Shown: positions 14,763 through 19,026 of the stretch, piece by piece
Layout: every line of letters starts with the position of its first letter
How positions within the stretch are numbered: position 1 is the first letter of the stretch
Origin: Chlamydiia bacterium
Lineage (GTDB): Bacteria; Chlamydiota; Chlamydiia; Chlamydiales; JBMOFD01
Direction: 5' to 3'
Assembly (NCBI GenBank): GCA_049314435.1
Contig: JBMOFD010000033.1
Location: forward strand, 1 to 19,026
DNA: 19,026 bases
Program-made: the position numbers and the translations under genes
The notes under the pieces: generated by a model
Told to the model about the DNA's origin: nothing
The model's database searches: none
What the model saw: only the letters and a program-made list of their open reading frames with translations

Positions 14763-16130
14763 ATGTCCACAACGCCACTACGTAGGCTTCTCGATCCCAC
14801 GGTCGTTTTTGCGGCCACGAAGCTCGAACAGGAGCGAACGCTCAGCGAAGAGGACATCAACCTCATCAAGGATTCCACTGGGATCACCAACCATGAGGAG
14901 ATCCTCATCTACGTGGCGCTGGCCTATGCCCAGCTTCTCCGGAAGAGGGCTGAAGAGAGTCAGAATCGGGCCCCTTACGAGAAAGCGATGAGGTCCCTGG
15001 AGAGAACCTTCCGGCTCACTCCAGACAAGACTCACCGGCTGCTCTCTAAGTTTGTGCCACAAGCCATCCTGTTGAGTGACCAGCGACCGGGTGAGGTTGA
15101 CCAGCGGATGAAGAAGGTGTGGGAATCGGTGGTGATCTACCAGCGAGATGTTATTGCCGACACCGTCGAGCGCATGGCCTCTCTATTACCCATGGACATC
15201 TTCTCCAGAAGGAACACGCCGAGGAGCCAGCTCGAGCATCGAACGGCTCTACGCGTGCTGAAGCAGAGAAATATCCCGGGACGCATTGAAAACACTCAGC
15301 CACTGAGCCCACGGAGTTGGGATCGGATCGAGGCTGACATGCATGCAGAAGTTCGTAAGCTGCGTGACAGCATCTCTGAACTGGCTGCTGTTGGTTCGCT
15401 AGAGGATCCCCTGAATACCGCTTATGAGGACTTTCTCAGAGAAGTGGCTCGACTTCAGAACATGCTGAACGCCGAGAGCATACTCAACCCCACCTCTCGA
15501 ACGGCTACCGGAACCTCTTCGCTGCAGAAGCTTACGGGGATTACGGCTCCTAAGGCCATGATGAATCCCCATCTCAAGACACAGGACACCGCAAGCCGCC
15601 AGATGGCGACACAGTTAAAGCGCAAGGTCTGCTGGACTGCCGTGGGAGCTACCGTCGCCGCTCTTGTCGTGGGTGCAGCAATCCTGATCTTCGGCCTGGG
15701 GCCATCGGCTCCTCTCATTGCCATCGCCGTCATCGCTACTCTAGGATTTCTGTTTCTCACTACCTGGCTGTGGAGGCGCGAGCAATCGGCAGCTCAACTT
15801 CTGGAACAACTGGGCGCCACAGCAACCCAAATGGCTTCTGCCATGGAACTAGAACTCAACAGGATCAAAAAGGCAGCCGAGCTCTATATTCAACGCAACC
15901 CCACCAAACCTAAAGAACGCGTGAGAGCGGCCGAAGAGCTCTTCCTCTCTACCGCTAGGATCGGACTCCTCTGGCCTGTGACCAACCTGGAACCCAGACG
16001 AAGGCTGGACGATCGGGAGACTCCCTCTCACTTGAAAGTGCGACCTCAGCGGGAAGAGGTCCTCCATCTCCAGGATCATCCAGATGCAATCAAGGGCAAT
16101 TATATGCTGCCACCGGATGCGGGACAATAG
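14763..16130 (+). CDS. Hypothetical membrane protein, Inc-like (bilobed hydrophobic domain plus predicted coiled coils)
   Basis: 455-aa ORF; a roughly 49-aa double hydrophobic stretch split by GLGPSAP (15627-15773); helical, charged flanks. Confidence 0.7.
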   Translation: MSTTPLRRLLDPTVVFAATKLEQERTLSEEDINLIKDSTGITNHEEILIYVALAYAQLLRKRAEESQNRAPYEKAMRSLERTFRLTPDKTHRLLSKFVPQAILLSDQRPGEVDQRMKKVWESVVIYQRDVIADTVERMASLLPMDIFSRRNTPRSQLEHRTALRVLKQRNIPGRIENTQPLSPRSWDRIEADMHAEVRKLRDSISELAAVGSLEDPLNTAYEDFLREVARLQNMLNAESILNPTSRTATGTSSLQKLTGITAPKAMMNPHLKTQDTASRQMATQLKRKVCWTAVGATVAALVVGAAILIFGLGPSAPLIAIAVIATLGFLFLTTWLWRREQSAAQLLEQLGATATQMASAMELELNRIKKAAELYIQRNPTKPKERVRAAEELFLSTARIGLLWPVTNLEPRRRLDDRETPSHLKVRPQREEVLHLQDHPDAIKGNYMLPPDAGQ

Positions 16131-17519
16131 CTAAGAGGAGAGGACGGCCTCTTGAGGAGCGACATCCTTAGCAGCCGCGAAAAACTCTTCCAGATGCTCC
16201 TCCAACCAGGTGATCGAGACGCCTCCTGCCTGATAGGCGGGTTGCTGGAGAATCCACATGTGGAGTGCACTGTTGGTGTGGATCCCCTCCGCCCGGAATT
16301 CATGCAGGGCCCTTGCGACCCTTGCCAGCGCTGCTGGCCGATCCGCCCCATGCACGATGATCTTCCCAATCAGGGCATCATAGTAAGGCGGTACGATGCT
16401 TCCCGACTCGATGGCGCTGTCAATGCGTACACCCAGCCCTCCTGGCCACCTGCAGCTCTCGACTTTTCCTGGACTGGGCTGAAAACCCTGTAGAGGATCC
16501 TCAGCATTCATCCTGAGCTGAATCGCATGCCCAAAAGGAAGTCGTATCTTGAGCTCTTCTGGGATAGGCAGGCCCTCAGCAAGCTGCATCTGCAAGGCCA
16601 CGAGATCAATCCCTAGAATCGTCTCTGTCACGGTGTGCTCAACCTGCAGCCTACTGTTGAACTCCATGAAATAGAAACTACCATCGGCTTCTACGAGAAA
16701 CTCTGCCGTTCCTAGGGTGTGATAGCCGGCCTGGCGCGCCAGTGTGCAGGCCGCATCATACAACTGCTGGCGCACCCTCTCTTCCAACCAGGCACAGGGG
16801 GCCTCTTCGATCAACTTCTGCCGACGCCGCTGTACCGAGCAGTCACGCTCCCCTAAGGCCATTACACGGCCTTGGAGATCCCCAGCCACCTGCACTTCAA
16901 CATGTCGAGGACCCTCAACAAGTCGTTCTAGATAGAGCTCAGCTCGTCCATAGGCGGCGGTCGACTCCGACCAGACCGCGTGCCACGCTGCAGCTAACCC
17001 CTGGAGAGAGTGCACGGAACGAATCCCTCTTCCACCACCACCGCAGGCGGTCTTGATGAGAAGAGGAAACCCGATCTTCTGCGACCAGCCCTCCGCCTCC
17101 TCGAGTCGTTCCAGTCGAGGGCTACTGGGGACTGTGGGGATCCCACACTGCACTGCTAACGACTTGGCTAGAAGCTTGTTGCCAAGGATCCCCATTGACT
17201 TGGCTGTGGGACCGATGAAGAGAACGCCTGCTTGCTGGCAGAGTTCTGCTAGCCGGGGGTTCTCACTCAGAAATCCGTAGCCCGGATGGAGAGCATCGGC
17301 ACCCGATAGCTCTGCAGCCGCCAGCAACATCGAACTCTGGAGATAACTTTGAGTGGCGGGTCCCTCGCCAATGCAGAGACTCTCGTCGGCGAGCTGCACA
17401 TGCATCGACTGAAGATCGGCCGTGCTACAGACAGCGACGGTCTTGATCCCCAACTCCCGGCAGCTGCGTATGATACGCAACGCCACCTCTCCCCGATTGG
17501 CGATCAAAACCTTATGCAC
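16131..17519 (-). CDS. accC: Acetyl-CoA carboxylase biotin carboxylase subunit
   Basis: KVLIANRGEVA, HPGYGFLSEN, GGGGRGIR, ERDCSVQRR, RLQVEH, PPYYD; GTG start overlapping the accB stop, with GAGGAGG upstream. Confidence 0.95.
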   Translation of the reverse strand: MHKVLIANRGEVALRIIRSCRELGIKTVAVCSTADLQSMHVQLADESLCIGEGPATQSYLQSSMLLAAAELSGADALHPGYGFLSENPRLAELCQQAGVLFIGPTAKSMGILGNKLLAKSLAVQCGIPTVPSSPRLERLEEAEGWSQKIGFPLLIKTACGGGGRGIRSVHSLQGLAAAWHAVWSESTAAYGRAELYLERLVEGPRHVEVQVAGDLQGRVMALGERDCSVQRRRQKLIEEAPCAWLEERVRQQLYDAACTLARQAGYHTLGTAEFLVEADGSFYFMEFNSRLQVEHTVTETILGIDLVALQMQLAEGLPIPEELKIRLPFGHAIQLRMNAEDPLQGFQPSPGKVESCRWPGGLGVRIDSAIESGSIVPPYYDALIGKIIVHGADRPAALARVARALHEFRAEGIHTNSALHMWILQQPAYQAGGVSITWLEEHLEEFFAAAKDVAPQEAVLSS

Positions 17520-17979
17520 GACGCTCTCCCTCCTCAATGACCAGGAGCGGTGTCCCATATTCGACTGGCTGTCCATCGCGAATGAGCACCTCGATCACGC
17601 GACCACGGACCTTGGATTGCACCTCATTCATCACCTTCATAGCCTCCACGATCGCCACGACCTTCCCCTCTTCGATCCACTGATCGACCTGAACGAAGGA
17701 GTTGGCGGTGGGTGATGAGCGAGAATAGAAGGTCCCCACGAGGGGGCTGGTGATGTAGCGCTGGCCAGGGAGAAGTTGCCCCTTTTCTGCGGATGCCTGC
17801 GCTTGTTCAATGGCCTGCTGAACAGCAGGGCGTGTGGCCGGAGGCCCTGTGACGACGATCTCAGGACGTCGTTCGACCTCCCACTCCTGATCGCCGTCGC
17901 GCACGCGCACCCGAGTCAAGTTCCAGCGGTCCATCGCTTGAACCAGCTCTTCGATACGCTGGAGCTGCTCTGCCCTCAT
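17512..17979 (-). CDS. accB: Biotin carboxyl carrier protein
   Basis: ITSPLVGTFY, biotinylation motif EAMKVMNE, GQPVEYGTPL. Confidence 0.96.
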   Translation of the reverse strand: MRAEQLQRIEELVQAMDRWNLTRVRVRDGDQEWEVERRPEIVVTGPPATRPAVQQAIEQAQASAEKGQLLPGQRYITSPLVGTFYSRSSPTANSFVQVDQWIEEGKVVAIVEAMKVMNEVQSKVRGRVIEVLIRDGQPVEYGTPLLVIEEGERRA

Positions 17980-18536
17980 CAGACCCTCTGGATGTACTCG
18001 TTTTGGCCGGTGTCCACCTTCACGATGTCACCCGCCTCGATGAAGAGGGGGACCTCCAAACGGGCTCCCGTTTCGAGCGCCGCCCACTTGGTCGTGCCTG
18101 TGACGCCAGCCTGCTTCTCGGGATTCTCCACTTTGACGATCATCAATTCAAGGAACTGTGGCAAATCAACGGAAAAGATCGTGTCGCCATAACAGATAGC
18201 GCGCACTTCAACGCCCTCTTTGAGGAACTTGGCTTTGTCGGCCACCACATCCGCGGGAACCGCAGCTGGGTCCAAGCTCTCCAGATCCAGAAACAGGTGG
18301 TGATCGCCTTCCAGATAGAGGAACTCGAGCCGGCGTTCCGACACGGTCACCTCTTCCACCGCCTGGGTGGGCTTGAAGTTCCTCTCGACCAACTCATCCG
18401 ATCGCAGATCTTTGAGTGTGACCTTGATGAACGGCTGGCCCTTCGCCACGGCCACTTTGACGCACGTCTCCACACGGTAGAGCCCACCATCCAAAGCGAT
18501 GGTCATCCCCGGTGTCAGATGATTACTCGTCCCCAT
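17979..18536 (-). CDS. efp: Elongation factor P, non-canonical chlamydial-type paralog
   Basis: EF-P architecture: LEFLYLEGD, FLKEG, AALETGARLEVPLFIEAGD, EYIQRV; loop is VAKG instead of PGKG. GTG 18545 is an alternative start. Confidence 0.92.
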   Translation of the reverse strand: MGTSNHLTPGMTIALDGGLYRVETCVKVAVAKGQPFIKVTLKDLRSDELVERNFKPTQAVEEVTVSERRLEFLYLEGDHHLFLDLESLDPAAVPADVVADKAKFLKEGVEVRAICYGDTIFSVDLPQFLELMIVKVENPEKQAGVTGTTKWAALETGARLEVPLFIEAGDIVKVDTGQNEYIQRV

Positions 18537-18612
18537 ATTGTCCACGCATCCTTACAAAGCAAATTCATCTGCAGGGCTTCTGCCCTGCTCCCTGGAGCGC
18601 CTTGGGCGCTGC

Positions 18613-19026
18613 TCACAGAGGTTTCGGAATTCCACGGGAGGGAATCCGATCTTGGGAGTCCCAGACAGCAAGAAGCTCTGGAAGCTCACGGAGTGTCTTG
18701 ATCCATGCGTCCACGGGCTGCCGAGGCCCCCGCTCCCCGACGAGAACGAGGCGTAAGCCCAAAGGACGCGCAGGGTCGAGATCGGTCGATTCTCGATCTC
18801 CCACCACAACCACCTCGGGGTGCGGAACGTCTAGGGCGAGTCCCCAGGCTTCCAGCACGCGCCGATAGGCGGGCTCCTTGTCTGCATCCACAATCTCTAC
18901 ATAGTCAAAAAAATCGGAACGCAGCCCAACGCGTTCCATTTTACCCATTTGCTGCTCTCGACGTCCAATAGTGATTAACGCAAGAGGCACATGTCCATGG
19001 AGAGTGCGAAGAACTTCCTCGGCTCC
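18613..19026 (-). CDS. HAD-superfamily hydrolase (5' end beyond the window)
   Basis: Frame open to the window edge (GAEEVLRTLHGHVPLALITIG); motif II Thr, motif III Lys (DKEP), motif IV VVGDRESTD. Confidence 0.85.
   Translation of the reverse strand, partial: GAEEVLRTLHGHVPLALITIGRREQQMGKMERVGLRSDFFDYVEIVDADKEPAYRRVLEAWGLALDVPHPEVVVVGDRESTDLDPARPLGLRLVLVGERGPRQPVDAWIKTLRELPELLAVWDSQDRIPSRGIPKPL

Noticed and set aside
3016..18701. Long antisense or alternate-frame ORFs (e.g. 3016-3657, 10547-11131, 13257-13820, 18003-18701)
   Set aside because: They are shadows of well-supported genes in GC-rich DNA and show no independent motifs.

Overview
GC-rich (roughly mid-to-high 50s % by spot counts) bacterial chromosomal window that is most likely from an environmental Chlamydiota genome. 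This is inferred from the efp(paralog)-accB-accC block, a TtcA-like PP-loop gene followed by tRNA-Val/tRNA-Asp and yitT, and an Inc-like protein with a bilobed hydrophobic domain. Mostly housekeeping: terC, an alpha/beta hydrolase, an archaeal-type AspRS fused to a C-terminal YbaK/ProX-family editing domain and flanked by two WXXGXW-repeat lipoproteins, K+-independent hppA, a SAM-methyltransferase-like protein, def, a GNAT, a cyclase, mnmA, ttcA, two tRNAs, yitT, LOG, accC, accB, efp and a partial HAD hydrolase. No mobile element, integrase or CRISPR array is visible. The most unusual items are (1) the AspRS-editing-domain fusion, which has non-canonical specificity residues and a strong Shine-Dalgarno plus ATG at the domain boundary, and (2) three long intergenic regions (4471-4862, 7015-7212, 11174-11339) with extensive self-complementarity that could be unannotated structured RNAs. 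All structure calls are by eye and need computational confirmation.
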